The position numbers and the translations under genes are program-made. Below the pieces are notes generated by a model. It was not told the origin of the DNA. It did no database searches and was given only the letters and a program-made list of their open reading frames with translations. Shown here in pieces: positions 28,300 to 42,690 of a stretch of 64,000 bases of DNA (position 1 is its first letter; every line of letters starts with the position of its first letter). Origin of the DNA: Eledone cirrhosa (Eukaryota); the NCBI GenBank assembly GCA_964016885.1, contig OZ024758.1, positions 17,670,001-17,734,000 on the forward strand, read 5' to 3'.

Positions 28300-28387
28300 G
28301 CTTATATACACTCATATATATGTAGATCTATGTATAAATAAAAATTCCAAGCTTATAAAGACAATAACATAGAATTCTCAATTCACA

Positions 28388-28558
28388 ATCATCATCATCA
28401 TCATTTTACATCCTCTTTTCCCTGCTTGCAAGGGTGGGATGGGTCTTGTTAAGCACGGTATCTCTCGTCTCCATCACAGTCCTTTGTCATCTCCTCTGAG
28501 AGCGTCAGTGATCTGAGGTCTGCTCTTACCACCTCCGCCCATGTTTTTTGTGGTCTTC
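28388..28558 (-). mobile_element. Short RTE 3' fragment
   Basis: Aligns by eye with 57961-58113; (CAT)n tail on the plus strand. Confidence 0.85.
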
Positions 28559-29141
28559 CAATATATATATAATCGTTTTACTCAAATAGAATAGGAAAAA
28601 CTATGTTTCATTTTTTGTAATGTTTAATAGAATTTAGTTTAGTTTTGTTTTAAGGCATCAAATTAATTAGTTTGTGGGATTGTAAGGGATTATGTATTGA
28701 CTTCCTACAGAGATGCAATGTGATATATTATTTCTGCTAATAGATTTTGTCTAGGTTTATAAAGCATATGTGACTATGCATGGAATCATACTGGTTTATA
28801 TTCTAAAGATTATTTGGTTGACAGACAAATGTTTTAAGATAGGTTTTCTTTTTTTTTTTAGAACCTAATTATTGAAACAGAAGTAATTCAAGTTTAATGG
28901 AGAAAAAAAAGAAACATGAAAATTCTCTTTTTCTACACAAACACATACATACACATGAACAAGACAAAAAACAAAAACAATATATATATATATATACACA
29001 CACACATATCATTTCATCATCATATGAAATAAATGTTAAGACAGAAGTTACACTATTGTATTTATACATACATACATATCATCATCGTCTTTACATCCAC
29101 TTCTTCATGCTTGCAGGGGTTGCAGGTATATATATATTTTA

Positions 29142-29176
<35 letters not shown>

Positions 29177-29342
29177 CAGGAAAGAAGGTTGACATGGTTT
29201 GCTATACAAAAAAGGTTTTTAATCTCATAGCTGACAATTGTTTCTCTGAACTGGTAGGTCTAGAGATCACTATTCGCTTATTTTCACGTTACTCGATCGC
29301 CAATACAAAATTGGACTGCATTTAACTATTATTTGTTACCCC

Positions 29343-29420
<78 letters not shown>

Positions 29421-29553
29421 GAGATAAAATACAGGTATCTACTTTTTGTAGGACAGCTTATGTACTTACATATGTATATATTTATTTATATACATACTTT
29501 ATTTTATAGTTATTTTGCAATGTCCTTGATTTGAAATCGTGTGTTGAAACATA

Positions 29554-29723
29554 CCGTATTTACTGGTACTTACTAGATGCTACTTTTTCCTCAAATAAGT
29601 CTAAAAAAATCTGCCATGTGTACTGGAGGCCGAAGGTTGTTTATTATTTTTTTTCAAATTTTTGCTTGTCAAAATTAGGGTGCGTCTTCGAGGACTAAGT
29701 CTCTTCAGCAACGGGAGATACAG
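29554..29723. mobile_element. pogo/Tc2-like MITE (TA TSD), second copy
   Basis: TA-ccgtattt...gggagatacag-TA; reverse complement matches 21768-21936. Confidence 0.68.
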
Positions 29724-30816
29724 TATATTGTTGTAGTTTGTTAGAGTTATTTTTCTAATGAAAACACATGCACTTTACAGGTAAAGAAGATAATTAATCT
29801 TGCAAACCAGTTAATATAAATCAACAAAATTAAATCATTAATTTGTGAAAGTTCTATCATCACAGTCAAAATTAAACAAACGAGACGGTTATTTTAGAAA
29901 AACGAACGAGATGGTTATAAAATATCAGACACAATCAGCGAGTAAGCTTAAATAAAATCCTTGAATTTTGGGCAGAAGGCTTAAATAAAATCCTCGAATT
30001 TTGGGCAGAAGGTTTAAATAAAATCCTCCAATTTTTGGCATAATTGGACAAGCATATAACAGTAATAAGCGGATAATTATGGGATTTTAAAATACAAGAA
30101 GATTATTTAGAACAATCAGACAGAATTATAGAATAGCATTGAGAAAGAGCAAAGATTTGATTCTGGACGATGATACGGATAGATGAATGGACCGGCGGCA
30201 GATGGACAGAAGAGAAAAAAAAAAGCACCCAGCACTCACTGTAAATGAGGTTGGTGTTAGGAAGGGCATCCAGCTGTAGAAATCAAGCCAGAATCAGTTC
30301 CCATCCCACCCTTGCAAGCAGGGAAAAGCGGACGTAAAATGATGATGATGATGATGATATATATATATATATATATATATTAGGTTATGCAAGAAATGCT
30401 TAGGATTATCCTGAATGCAGTAATGGTTAATTACGATACTAGATAGAGTCGACGTACAGTGAGGGTTATTCAATGAGTTATGGAAGAATAGTTGGAAAAA
30501 TTCAGTTTCTGATCCTTCTGTATTCCGGAGTGTAGATAAAGAATGAATCATAACAGGTAGACATCATAAAAAGGTAATTTATTCCGAGTGCTTACAAATG
30601 TTTCAACAGTAGTTATACAACCTAGACATGCTATGTGCAAATTGGTGATTATTTGATTGCAGACACTCAATTTTCAAATGCTGTGACTACCGTTTCCTCA
30701 GAGCAGAATGGTTAAAATGTAAATACCCTTGTATTTCTTAAGGGAAGTTATTTCTACTCTATCTTCTCCAATAACTTCCTTTAAGAAATACAAGGGTATT
30801 TACATTTTAACCATTC

Positions 30817-30933
30817 TGCTCTGAGGAAATGGTAGTCGGAGCATTTGAAAATTGAGCGTCTGCAATCAAATAATCACCAATTTGCACATAGCATGTCTAG
30901 GCTGTATAACTACTGTTGAAACATTTGTAAGCA
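30817..30933 (+). ncRNA. Type I hammerhead ribozyme-like motif with a 90-nt stem II domain
   Basis: Stem I tgct/agca; CTGAGGA 30821-30827; stem II base aatggtagt/actactgtt; GAAA 30918-30921; stem III ACA-tt-TGT; predicted cleavage after GUA at 30929. Confidence 0.68.
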
Positions 30934-30971
30934 CTCGGAATAAATTACCTTTATATGATGTCTACCTGTTA

Positions 30972-31143
30972 GTATCGGTAGAGGGTCGGACGCCATGCTT
31001 TCCAGCATAGTTACGTCCCTTTACGATCTGAGTTCAAATGCTGCCGAGGTTGACTTTGCCTTTCATCCTTACGGGGTCGATAAAATAAAGTACCAGTAAT
31101 GTACTGGTTAATTGCTGGCCTTGTGCCTAAAGTAGAAACAATT
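30972..31143 (+). mobile_element. 5'-truncated SINE family 2 copy inside the palindrome arm
   Basis: gtatcggtagagggtcggacg...gtagaaacaatt. Confidence 0.88.
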
Positions 31144-31153
31144 ATTCATTCTT

Positions 31154-31217
<64 letters not shown>

Positions 31218-31592
31218 AGAATATTTTAAAATAGTTAAACATGGTAGATTATACAAAAACTTAATTTAGTTGCAGATACACACACATACTGAAATCCCTG
31301 CTATTTTTCTTTTATTATTTTTTAAACACTTAATTGAGTTTCGTTTCGTTGTAAGGCATTAATTTAATTAGTTTGTGAGAATGTAAGGGATTAAATATTG
31401 ACTCCCTACAGAGATACCTTGTGATATATTATTTCTGTTAATAGATTTTGTCTTGGTTTATAAAGCATATGTGACTTTGAATGGAACCCTACTGGTTTAT
31501 ATTCAAAAGAATAGTTAGCTGACAATGTTATAAGAAAGGTTTATTTCCATTTAGTTTGAAACAAAAGTAACACACATCTAAATCACTCTTCA

Positions 31593-31629
<37 letters not shown>

Positions 31630-32639
31630 GTGAAGAGTGATTTAGATATGTGTTAGATGTGTGTTATAAATATATATATATGTGTGTGTGTATATGTGTA
31701 TATATATGTGTGTATGTATGTGTGTATATATATATATGTATATATATGTATATATGGGTGGATGAAATAATTACGTACACACATATATCTAAATATTAAT
31801 AGATAGAAAGATGGTTGTATTTATATAGATATATTATACACCATCATCTTCATTTTTCCATCTACATACATACATATACATGCATGTATATATATATGTG
31901 TATATATATATATATGTGTATATATATATATACACATATATATATATATATACATATATATATACATATATATATGTATATATATATACATATATATGTG
32001 TATGTGTGTATATATATATATATAATTAAATTTATTGCTGATTAATCTGTATGAAGGCTGAATCCAATTTACAATTTTAATTAAGGCATAACGTTCTACC
32101 AGAATTACTAATCCCATGGTATTATCATTTGTAATACACATATGCTAATGATATTAATATAACGAAGCACCACAGCATGACGATGAGAAGTAAGTTAAAA
32201 TTAGGAGCTTGTTTTTATGAACTGTATGAACTTTTAGTAGTGAAACCAAAGCTGTTTGTTTACCATAAACAGATGTTCATAATTTTACCTTTCACTTGTT
32301 CCTTGAATATATGTATATATATATATATTCTTTAATTTCTCATATTATTTTCTGATGACGGACTAGTGTAAAAAACGTAAAGAATCTTTTCCTATAATAT
32401 CAAGCATAAAAATTAATATTATATTTCTTCATTGTACTCTGTCATTTGCTTTGTTATTTCTGTTTGTCTTTTGCATACATATCATCATCACCGTTTAACG
32501 TCTATTTTTCCATGATATCATGGGTTAGATGTCTTGTCCTCTTGTGAGAAATGCAAGGTGAGGTGACCATGTCTTGCTCATACAGAACTGATTTTGGCTT
32601 GGTTTCTACAGCTGGTTGCCCTTCCTAATTCCAACCTTA

Positions 32640-34290
32640 TTTACTGTGAGTACTGGGTGCATTTTGCCATGACACCTACACGACCACTTTACAGTGTGGA
32701 CTGGGTGCTTTTTGTTGTGATACCTACACGACCACTTTACAGTGAGTACTAGATGCTTTTTGTCGTGACACCTACACAACCATTTTACAGTGAGTACTAG
32801 GTGCTTTTTGTCGTGACACTTACATGGCCATTTTACAGTGAGTGCTAGGTGCTTTTTGTCGTGACACCTACATGGCCATTTTACAGTGAGTACTAGGTGC
32901 TTTTTGTCATGACACCTACATGGCCATTTTACAGTGAGTGCTAGGTGCTTTTTGTCGTGACACCTACATGGCCATTTTACAGTGAGTACTAGGTGCTTTT
33001 TGTCATGACACTTACATGGCCATTTTACAGTGAGTACTAGGTGCTTTTTGTCATGACACCTATATGGCCATTTTACAGTGAGTGCTAGGTGCTTTTTGTC
33101 GTGACACCTACTAGGCCATTTTACAGTGAGTACTAGGTGCTTTTTGTCATGACACTTACATGGCCATTTTACAGTGAGTGCTAGGTGCTTTTTGTCGTGA
33201 CACCTACATGGCCATTTTACAATGAGTGCTAGGTGCTTTTTGTCATGACACCTACATGGCCATTTTACAGTGAGTGCTAGGTGCTTTTTGTCGTGACACC
33301 TACATGGCCATTTTACAGTGAGTACTAGGTGCTTTTTGTCGTGACACCTACATGGCCATTTTACAGTGAGTGCTAGGTGCTTTTTGTCGTGACACCTACA
33401 TGGCCATTTTACAGTGAGTGCTAGGTGCTTTTTGTCGTGACACCTACATGGCCATTTTACAGTGAGTGCTAGGTGCTTTTTGTCGTGACACCTACATGGC
33501 CATTTTACAGTGAGTGCTAGGTGCTTTTTGTCGTGACACCTACATGGCCATTTTACAGTGAGTGCTAGGTGCTTTTTGTCGTGACACCTACATGGCCATT
33601 TTACAGTGAGTGCTAGGTGCTTTTTGTCATGACACCTACATGGCCATTTTACAGTGAGTGCTAGGTGCTTTTTGTCGTGACACCTACAAGGCCATTTTAC
33701 AGTGAGTGCTAGGTGCTTTTTGTCATGACACCTACATGGCCATTTTACAGTGAGTACTAGGTGCTTTTTGTCATGACACCTACTAGGCCATTTTACAGTG
33801 AGTACTAGGTGCTTTTTGTCGTGACACCTACATGGCCATTTTACAGTTAGTGCTAGGTGCTTTTTGTCGTGACACCTACATGGCCATTTTACAGTGAGTG
33901 CTAGGTGCTTTTTGTCATGACACCTACTAGGCCATTTTACAATGAGTGCTAGGTGCTTTTTGTCATGACACCTACATGGCCATTTTACAGTGAGTACTAG
34001 GTGCTTTTTGTCATGACACCTACTAGGCCATTTTACAGTGAGTACTAGGTGCTTTTTGTCGTGACACTTACATGGCCATTTTACAGTTAGTGCTAGGTGC
34101 TTTTTGGCGTGACACCTACATGGCCATTTTACAGTGAGTACTAGGTGCTTTTTGTCATGACACCTACTAGGCCATTTTACAGTGAGTACTAGGTGCTTTT
34201 TGGCGTGACACCTACATGGCCATTTTACAGTGAGTGCTAGGTGCTTTTTGTCATGACACCTACTAGGCCATTTTACAGTGTGGACTGGGT
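32640..34290. repeat. 48-bp satellite, about 34 copies, expanded inside a family 1b element (from about 32482)
   Basis: Unit ccattttacagtgagtgctaggtgctttttgtcgtgacacctacatgg, preceded by ctacagctggttgcccttcctaa and an RTE-type tail. Confidence 0.95.
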
Positions 34291-37200
34291 GTTTTTTTTT
34301 ATGACGACTACACAACAACTTCTTGTTGGTCCATTACACTTAGCTGAAAATGAGTACCAGGAGTAGCTGGGAGTTAACGCATCCTGTCTAGTGGAAAGTC
34401 ATGTAATCTCTGTTGTTTAACAAACAATGAAAAGTGAACCTGGGAATAAGCACCAGCTTGATGTGAGCTTTGTGGCTTGAGGTACACTTTAACCTTTTGT
34501 TTTTACATATTCACACATTTGCTTCCTCCCATGCATACACACCTACACATTTACATGCATATGCACACACACACACACACATACATGCGCATATATATAT
34601 ATATATTATACACTCATGCACACACATATATATATATGCATGCACACATAAACACACATATATGCTCACATCCATATATACACACATGCACACCAGCACG
34701 CACCCACATACAAACACATATATACCCTCATCCATACACACACATACACCCTCACACATACACACGCAAATACAAACACATATACACCCTCACACACATA
34801 CACCCACATATACAAATACATATACACCTTGACACATACACACCTTTACATATACACACATAGATATATACACATATACACACACACATATACAAACACA
34901 TATACACCTTCAAGCATACACATATACAAACACATACATTACATATACACCCACACACATACACACCCTCACACAGCCACATACACACACGTTATACTAA
35001 ACATTAAGTTTACAGCACTATAAGAACATGTTATGAATGAATCAGCTAATACACGCTAGTTTCAAAAACCATAGGATACCAGAACCTAAATGAACGCAAC
35101 TGATATTAAATAAATGAAAAGATTCAATCTATAAAATCAAGATAGATAATCGCTCTTTTCCATTATAATGAAACTACAGTAACATTGGATGTATTACAAA
35201 AATATATTTTGAAGAATACAGGTAAAAAACAACAACTATATTTAAAAATAAAGCTATAATTTGGGCATTATCTGGTGTATTGACTGATTTTAGATAGGTC
35301 TGATTTATTACGTGGTTGTTGAAATAATCTAATTTGAGTATAGTATTTCATTACAAATTTAAACCTCTATTTCCTATGCTTGAAAGCTGTCCTCCATTGC
35401 AGGCAAATCTATCTATGATTTCTTGGAGTTAATTATTTAAGAATCTCTCATTTTTCTTTCTCTCTCTCTCTCTTTTTTTCTGTTTCTCTGTCTTTATGTT
35501 TTCCTCTCCCTTCATCTCTATCTGTTGCTTGCTTTCTCTCTCTCTGAATTAAAAAAAACTACAACAACAAAACAATACACTGTTGAATACAAACAATACA
35601 ATGCAGTTCTCTCAATGAGTTTTCAGGGATGAAAAGACTTGCACTGAAATCTGAAATCTCATTTAAACACTTGTTAATTATACAGCGAGGTGTTTTTTTT
35701 TTTGCAATCTCTCAGAACATGACAGCTATTTTTATACCTAAGTGCAATCAGCTTTTGATAGTCAAATAACGTTTCCAGAAATACAGAAAAACATAGGTGA
35801 AGATTAGAACCTTTTGATCACAAATCAGTTGATCTGCTGCATCACATTTTATGGTTAAGACAAGGTCTGAAAAATAACTATTATTGTAATCATAAAAGAA
35901 GATAAAGATCTCATAACTCCTTGTGGAGTTGTAGAGGCACTGTCATACGACGTGTCTAGGGCACTTTTATACTTGGTGGTGCCCAGATATATATTATTAT
36001 TATTTTAACGTTTATAGGCATTTTAATGGATCACGTCCGATATTTGCAGTTTTTCACTTAAAGATTCTTACATAAAATTATGATGAAACATTTTTAGATA
36101 ACTATAAATATTTTACAATAAATAGTTTTGAAACCTATAACCAGTGGTTTATTATAAAAAAATGTTGATTCATCTTAAAACGTTATGATTTTAAATCTGT
36201 AGCTACTACAATAGATCTGGTGAACTAAATATTTAACTTTCTCATTGAAATAGAACTACAATGCAAGCATGTGCAATTAACCTTATATGGATATTGTATA
36301 AATTTAAGGAATAAACTAAATCAAACAAGTCTGATATGTGAATTTAAATATTTACTGCAAGACATCTTCTTATTTTGAAGCATTTGGTGGATTTATAGAT
36401 TTATCTATATTAAAATTGAAAAAAAAACAACATTTAAATGGAACAGAAATATGGAAAACCATTTCTAAAGAAAAAACTCAAGGAGCTTAAAATATAAAGT
36501 TAAAAGTAAAAATTACACCCACACACATATATATATACACACACACATATATATACACACATATATATATATACACACATATACGCACACACATATATAT
36601 ATGCAAACACACACACATACATATATACACACATATATACACATAATACATATATATACACACACACATATACACACACGCACATATATACACACACACA
36701 CATATATATATATATACACACATCATCATCGCTATCTTAATTTTACGTCAATTATTTTCTGTATATGTATGTATATAACGTAATATAAGTGAAGATATTT
36801 TCGGTCATCAAAAGTATACCTGATATAACCAGGCTACTACTTCAAAGAAGAATCTGGGACAGTCAGGAATATCTTGTTATGCTTTATCTGTACCATCCTT
36901 TTCAAGTTATCACTGCAATATTTGTTATAAATTTTAAACTTTATGGGAACATATATAGCAATTTCAAGAATGAAGGCTTAGTTCAGTTGTTCATCTATAA
37001 AAGCCAAAATTTCTCATTGAAAATTGTACTCATATTAAACACAAATTGCTATTTTCGCGTATTATTTTTCCAATGGATTACAGTGAAGTCTTCGATGCAT
37101 ATATATATGAAAATAGAAATTGTGAGGGAAAATATTGGATTCAATTTCTTGGCAATTTACATTCTGCTTTATTCTAGGCAATGTATATAACCGATTCCCT

Positions 37201-37561
37201 GAAATAGATTTATAACTTCCAATCTACTTATCAAAAAAAAAAAAGAAAAAAAAGGAAAAAAAAAAGATAATAATGATAAATAAAATAAATATATCAATCT
37301 TTATATTTCTTTACATTTATATCTTATTATAGTTTAGCCGTTATGTATATTCTTATCAATCTTACCTTATTCTACTGCTCATTTACTCTTGTTTACATCT
37401 CTGCAATTCTTATCATATACCCACCTCTTTTCATTTATATATTCTTCCTTTTATCCTGTTCCAACCCTCTGGTCTTCTTTTCAAGTCTACTGTCTTATTT
37501 ATTTTAATCTGCCCACAGCTCTTTCTCATATCCACAAACACATATCTGCTTATTTCCTTTG

Positions 37562-37620
<59 letters not shown>

Positions 37621-39539
37621 AATATATCTTCCTTTCGAAATGTCTTTACGTTCTTTGTCTTCAGTTATATCTGCTGCCCCTCGAGTAGATAATCATATAT
37701 TTTACCTATTGCTTACCAATATTCATTCTCTGCTTTACCTTATATATCACCAGCCTCCCCCTAAATCCTTCTTATTTGTTACATTTTTATCGATTTGATT
37801 CTTAAATTATAAATTTCTCTTGTTATTGCCATTTGTGAACAACACTACTGGCTGTAAGCCTCTAGAAAACTCATTGTGTAACCCAAGGCTCAGTTCAAAA
37901 TTATTTTCCTTTACATTTAAGATAGTCAATAGCCAATCTTAGAGTGAATATTATTAATCATCCATCGATTGACACATCTGCAGATTTCGTAATGAGTAGT
38001 GGTCCTATGGTCGGGTGATTTTGTTTTCCCTGGTCATCATGGGGATATGAAACTTTACAGAATTTTAACTCAAAGGACAAAATGGGAGACTATTTTTTAA
38101 CTGTTCTTTCCTCCAAAATGTTTGAATCAATGCTAAGGGGTTCTACCTTGCATTGCTATGTTCCTGATTTCTTAAGATATCGCAGAAGATAGTATTAACG
38201 AGTATATATTTCTAAGAACATATTGTACATTATTTGTCAATTAAATCCCAAAGGTCAGTTTATAACTCAACAGATAGTTTATTTTTTGCTGTTGTTAGTT
38301 AATGTTTGACTATAGTTCAAAATTAGAAGCTCAATGTGATTTTATGTCATTGATACTCAATAAAATTTGATTGAGAAGAAATATCCATGAGAAAATTTAA
38401 TTAAAAAAATAGATGATAGCTGAATGTCATAATATTGATATGTGTACCTCTGTGCAATGTTTAGTTTCCAGTTTGATTTCTTTCAATAGCAGCTGTATGT
38501 TTGTTTAGATATTTGATTCAAATGGCTCCATCTAAATATCCTTGATATTTTTAATGAATTAAGCAGCTTAGTGATTTATACAGTGTCTGTCCATTGTATA
38601 ATTATTATCAGGGCTGAACCGAGGGGAATGCAGAAGGACAGGCGGCATGACAATCTTTGTTTCATTACAGGGGAAGGCCTCTCATCTAGAATGCTAGATG
38701 CTGTGACATCTTCTCTAGTGGCAACCAGCCAGGGCTCTGCTGCCTGGCAGATTGAAGAGGTGAAAACTCTCCAAGTATTGGCTGCTCTCTGATAGGTTTG
38801 TGGTAGAGACTTCCAGCATTGTTGGCCCTCAGACTATACCCCTGCTCACTGCTGTTCTTTATATCCATATGTCTATTTTTGAAACTTTCTGCTTCCATTA
38901 TCATCATCAATGTTTTACGTCTATTCTTCCACACTCCCATGGGTTAGGAGGGTTGTTCTGTTGTGGGAAATGCCAGGTCAAATAACTGACTTGCTCATAC
39001 AAAACTGATTTTGGCTTGATTTCTACAGCTGGATGCCCTTCCTAGCACCAACCTCATTCACAGTGAGTACGGGGTGTTTTTTTTACCATGGCACCTACAC
39101 AACCACTTTACAGTGGGAAGTTGGATCCTCTGTATTACTGCGTAATGCTAGAGGTCTTGGTCCTGTGTCATCAACTTTACTTCATGATCAGTAACATACT
39201 GGAGAATTTGTTGTAAGTAGTTTACTGTCTTTGTAATCTAGATCTAGATATTGGTTTAAATTTGGTAAGTGCCATTGGTAGTGGTGTTTTTGGTTTTGTG
39301 AATTAATATTTACAGGAGTAGCCAGGACACATTTGCCAAATCAGAAAGAATGAGGGAAAAACTATGAACTGCCCCTATATGAGAGAAAGAGAGAGAGACA
39401 GAGAGAAAGCTTCTGGTGAGGAGAACAAAGCTCTTCAGAAAGGATATGCTATCATTCTCAATACTCAAGGAGATAATGTTTGTCATTAGAGATGAAGAAA
39501 GAAGCACTAAACCATTAACTGTGCTAAATGGAACGAGGA

Positions 39540-39625
<86 letters not shown>

Positions 39626-40409
39626 AGGAAAATATTGGCTTGTAGATTCAAATACTACATTTGAGGGTAAGGGAGAACAAAGTGATTAGAAATAAGTACA
39701 AAAAAAATGAATAATGGTAGAAATCAGAGATAGACACACACACATTTACACACAGCCACACACATTCACACACATTCCCACACACATTCACACACACACA
39801 CACATACACACATATATATACACATGAATTAACATAATACTTTGGCCCCGCTGAATGAAAACAAACAATATCCCAGTTACATCAGAATTTAGAATTAATA
39901 TTGTTTTCTGCTTTAATAATTAATTTGCTGTGTTCTGATATCTGTAATGCTTCTTTGAATGTTGTTCCTGGAGATTTATATGTGCTGGGTAAGAATATTA
40001 ATAAAACATATTGCAGATATGCAATTGTAAGTCTGCAAATGTTGGTTCTGTTAATAAATGTTGATAAATTTTCTACAAGATATGCAGAATCATGTTTATA
40101 ATGATATCAAACTTTTTTCTTCCAACTAAGCTAATATCTCCACACTATCATTTTATGTATTGTCTTATTTTGAAGGAATTTCTCCAGTTGGTGTGTCTTC
40201 CAATCTTATATTTTTTTATTGCTGTCAGATTGTTTAGTATTTACTTCATATACAAGATTTAGATATTAAAAGCCTCTACTCTATTACATGGCTTTATCTT
40301 ACTTAGCTTTATTAAGATCAATTGTTTTTAGCTTTGTTTTCCCTTTCTGTTTTGTGATAAATATGTTTCCTGTTAGATTTGAGTGGTCTATTCTAAATGC
40401 TGACTCCCC

Positions 40410-41470
40410 ACCCAAGTCCCAAAACCACACTATAAAGTGGTTCCCCCGTGGAGCCATGACAAAATTGCCCCAGTCCACACCATAAAGTGGTCCCCTGGAG
40501 CTATGACAAAATTATCCAGTCCACAACATAAAGTGCACCCCCACCCTGGAGCCCTGACAAAATTACCCAGCCCACACTATAAAGTGGTCCCCTTGGGGTC
40601 AAGACAAAAGTGCTCAGTCCACACCATAAAGTGATTCCCCTGGGGTCATGACAAAATTATCCAGCCCACACCTTAAAGTGTTCCCCACTCCCCGGAGCCC
40701 TGACAAAATTGCCCAGTTCACTCCATAAAGTGGTGCCCCTGGGGTTACGATAAAATTGCCCAGTCCACACCATAAAATGGTCCCCCTGGAGTCCTGACAA
40801 AATAGCCCAGTCCACATCATAAAGTGGTCTCCTGGAGCCATGACAAAATTGCCCAGTCTACACCATAAAGTGGTCCCCCTGGGGTCATGATAAAATTGCC
40901 CAGTCCACACCATAAAATGGTCCCCCTGGGTTCACAATAAAATTGACCAGTCCACACCATAAAGTGTTTCCCCTAGAGCCATGACAAATGTGCCCAGTCC
41001 AGTCCACAACATATAGTGTTCTCTGCCCGGATCAATGACAAAAGTGCCCAGTCCTTACCATAAAGTGGTTCCCTTGGGGTCACGACAACATTGCAGTGTC
41101 CACATTATAACGTGGTTATGTGTCACAACAAAAGGTATCACAACAAAAGGTGTCACAACAGAAGGTGTCACAACAAAAGCATCCAGCACACATTATAAAG
41201 TGGTCATATAGGTGTCACAACAAAAGCACCCAACACACATTATAAAGTGGTCATGTAGGTGTCACAACAAAAGCACCCAACACACATTATAAAGTGGTCA
41301 TGTAGGTGTCACAACAAAAGCACCCAACACACATTATAAAGTGGTCATGTTGGTGTCATAACAAAAGTGCCCAACATACATTATAAAGTGGTCATGTAGG
41401 CGTCACAACAAAAGGGCCCAACACACACTGTAAATGTAGTTGGCGTTAGGAAGGACATCCAGCCATATAA
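40410..41470. repeat. Diverged 47-52-bp tandem array of the same unit in the opposite orientation
   Basis: cccagtccacaccataaagtggtcccc..gtcatgacaaaattg units, then cacccaacacacattataaagtggtcatgtaggtgtcacaacaaaag units, ending gttggcgttaggaaggacatccagc. Confidence 0.88.
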
Positions 41471-41879
41471 ACCAAGCTAAAATCAATTGTTTCATAGAAT
41501 CATGGCTAGTTTAGGTTGGTTTGGTAGAAAGAAGGGCTAACTAAGATCACAATTTACTAGAAATAATTAATGTTCCAGTTTTTTTATCATGAGTTATTTA
41601 CTTATGCTTGTATAGCTTCTTGTAGGTGATGGATTGATTCATTATTATGCTGTTTGAGTAAATATCTTTTGAGAAAATGGTAACAATTTTATCTGAAATC
41701 TGAAAAGCCTTAGGGAAAGTTTATGTTATTAAAATTCATGGTAATTTTGTAACCCGACTGTTTCCAACTTCATGGTTTTCCAAATGCGCTATTACATTCC
41801 AATATGACCCTAATTACATATTTCTTCACACATGTTACAACTGTTATGATTCACAATACCTCATCACATACAACTCTGC

Positions 41880-42375
41880 AACACCACAATACCACTACAC
41901 CGCTACACTGCTACACTACTACACCACTACTACACCACTACTACACCACAACACCACTACACCAGAACACCACTAAACCACAACACCATTACACCACAAC
42001 ACTGCAACACTGCTACACTGCTATACCTCTACACTACTACACCACTACTACACCACAACACCACTACACCAGAACACCACTAAACCACAACACCACTACA
42101 CCACAACACTGCTACACTGCTACACTGCTATACCTCTACACTACTACACCACTAACCACTACACCACAACACCACTAAACAAGAACACCACTACACCACA
42201 ACACCACTACACCACTACACCGCTATAACTCTACACCACTACACCACAACATCACTGTACTACAACATCACTACCCCACAACATCACTGTACCACAACAC
42301 CAGTGTACCACAATACCACAACACCACTGCAACACACCACCTCTACATAGCTACACCCCAACACCACTACACTAC
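41880..42375. repeat. CAC/CTA low-complexity repeat
   Basis: Variants of caccactacaccacaa. Confidence 0.85.
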
Positions 42376-42377
42376 AC

Positions 42378-42416
<39 letters not shown>

Positions 42417-42592
42417 GTAGACCACGAAAAACATGGGCGGAGGTGGTGAGAACAGACCTCAGATCATTGAAGCTCACGGTGGAGATGACGAGGGACCGTG
42501 ACGAGTGGAGAGATGCTGTGCTGAATAAGACACGTCCCACTCTTGCAAGCAGGGAAAAGCGGACGTAAAATAATGATGATGATGATGATGAT
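42417..42592 (+). mobile_element. Young RTE 3' fragment, nearly identical to the full-length copy
   Basis: [49 protein letters not shown] is identical to the end of the 1038-aa ORF. Confidence 0.92.
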
Positions 42593-42650
42593 GTGTGTGT
42601 GTGTCCAACCCTTGCAAGCAAGGAAAAGCGGACGGAAAAAAATGAATGTG

Positions 42651-42687
<37 letters not shown>

Positions 42688-42690
<3 letters not shown>

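Larger units (their letters stand above)
30380..31156. mobile_element. Palindromic hammerhead-containing element: about 200-bp arms (30551-30971), 17-nt spacer, tail 30380-30535; right arm interrupted by a SINE
   Basis: About 7 mismatches between arms. The arm resumes after the SINE as attcattctttat (31144-31156), pairing with 30536-30548. (TA)n on both sides. Confidence 0.72.

Noticed and set aside
32606-34318. 570-aa Cys/His-rich ORF resembling a repeat zinc-finger or heme-binding protein (CxCH)
   Set aside because: It is the translation of a 48-bp satellite (a multiple of 3) derived from a SINE/LINE UTR unit; there is no unique coding context.
39850-40400. Possible decayed LINE endonuclease (YKSP-like motif, minus strand); similar hint at about 3440-3760 (KILNINVR)
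   Set aside because: Only isolated short motifs among stops and frameshifts; cannot be supported without a translated homology search.
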